DNA of 62,793 bases, filler included, from Basidiobolus ranarum (Eukaryota), in NCBI GenBank assembly GCA_040143965.1. It is 48 parts of 48 records of this genome, joined end to end, with 100 filler letters (N's around TTAATTAATTAA, not from the genome) between each part and the next. Parts side by side here need not be neighbours in the genome. Positions count along the whole stretch, not along the records: positions 61,589 to 62,793 come from JASJQH010012888.1; 47 more parts are not named here. One strand, given 5' to 3'. Positions 62,600 through 62,793 of the stretch are shown piece after piece. The position numbers and the translations under genes are program-made. The notes under the pieces were generated by a model. The model was not told the origin of the DNA. It saw only the letters and a program-made list of their open reading frames with translations, and ran no database searches. Position 1 is the stretch's first letter, and every line of letters starts with the position of its first letter.

Positions 62600-62793
62600 T
62601 AACAGACATTTGAGGATTGCTATTGTAGAATAACCATCACAATTTTAATCCATTTGGATTTACCATTTACTTACTGTCATTAAATCATCAAGTTAGATTT
62701 GATTTTAATCAACTTTTTAGTTTCAAGAGTGATATTTCATGATCTTGTAAAATAGTTGCACATGACTGACTACAATTCCAGAGAACTATGGAT
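62600..62793 (+). mobile_element. CMC left end lacking the terminal CCC
   Basis: TAACAGACATTTGAGGATTG and the downstream block match the other left ends. Confidence 0.8.

Overview
This window is not a continuous locus. It is 48 short contigs (1215 down to about 1205 bp, sorted by decreasing length) joined by an artificial N44-TTAATTAATTAA-N44 spacer, so adjacency across spacers means nothing. The content is eukaryotic and most consistent with a repeat-rich fungal genome; an early-diverging lineage is an inference only. Most contigs are decayed, nested transposons: several Ty1/Copia and Ty3/Gypsy families with their LTRs, a non-LTR (LINE) family, a 182-bp MITE, and a dominant CMC/CACTA-type DNA transposon with CCCTAAC termini that can be largely rebuilt from fragments and appears to carry two divergent genes. 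The TEs show heavy CpG-to-TpG/CpA decay. The few host-gene contigs hold secreted proteins (a 147-aa small secreted protein, a tandem pair with a Cys-bounded hydrophobic repeat, a Ser/Thr-rich protein with a CBM19-like domain), two inverted paralog pairs, a frameshifted SH3-like 3' end and a decayed tRNA-Thr(CGT). Other signals worth following are a hairpin-rich head fused to the LINE 3' end (SINE-like) and a long heat-shock-element array in a putative LTR.
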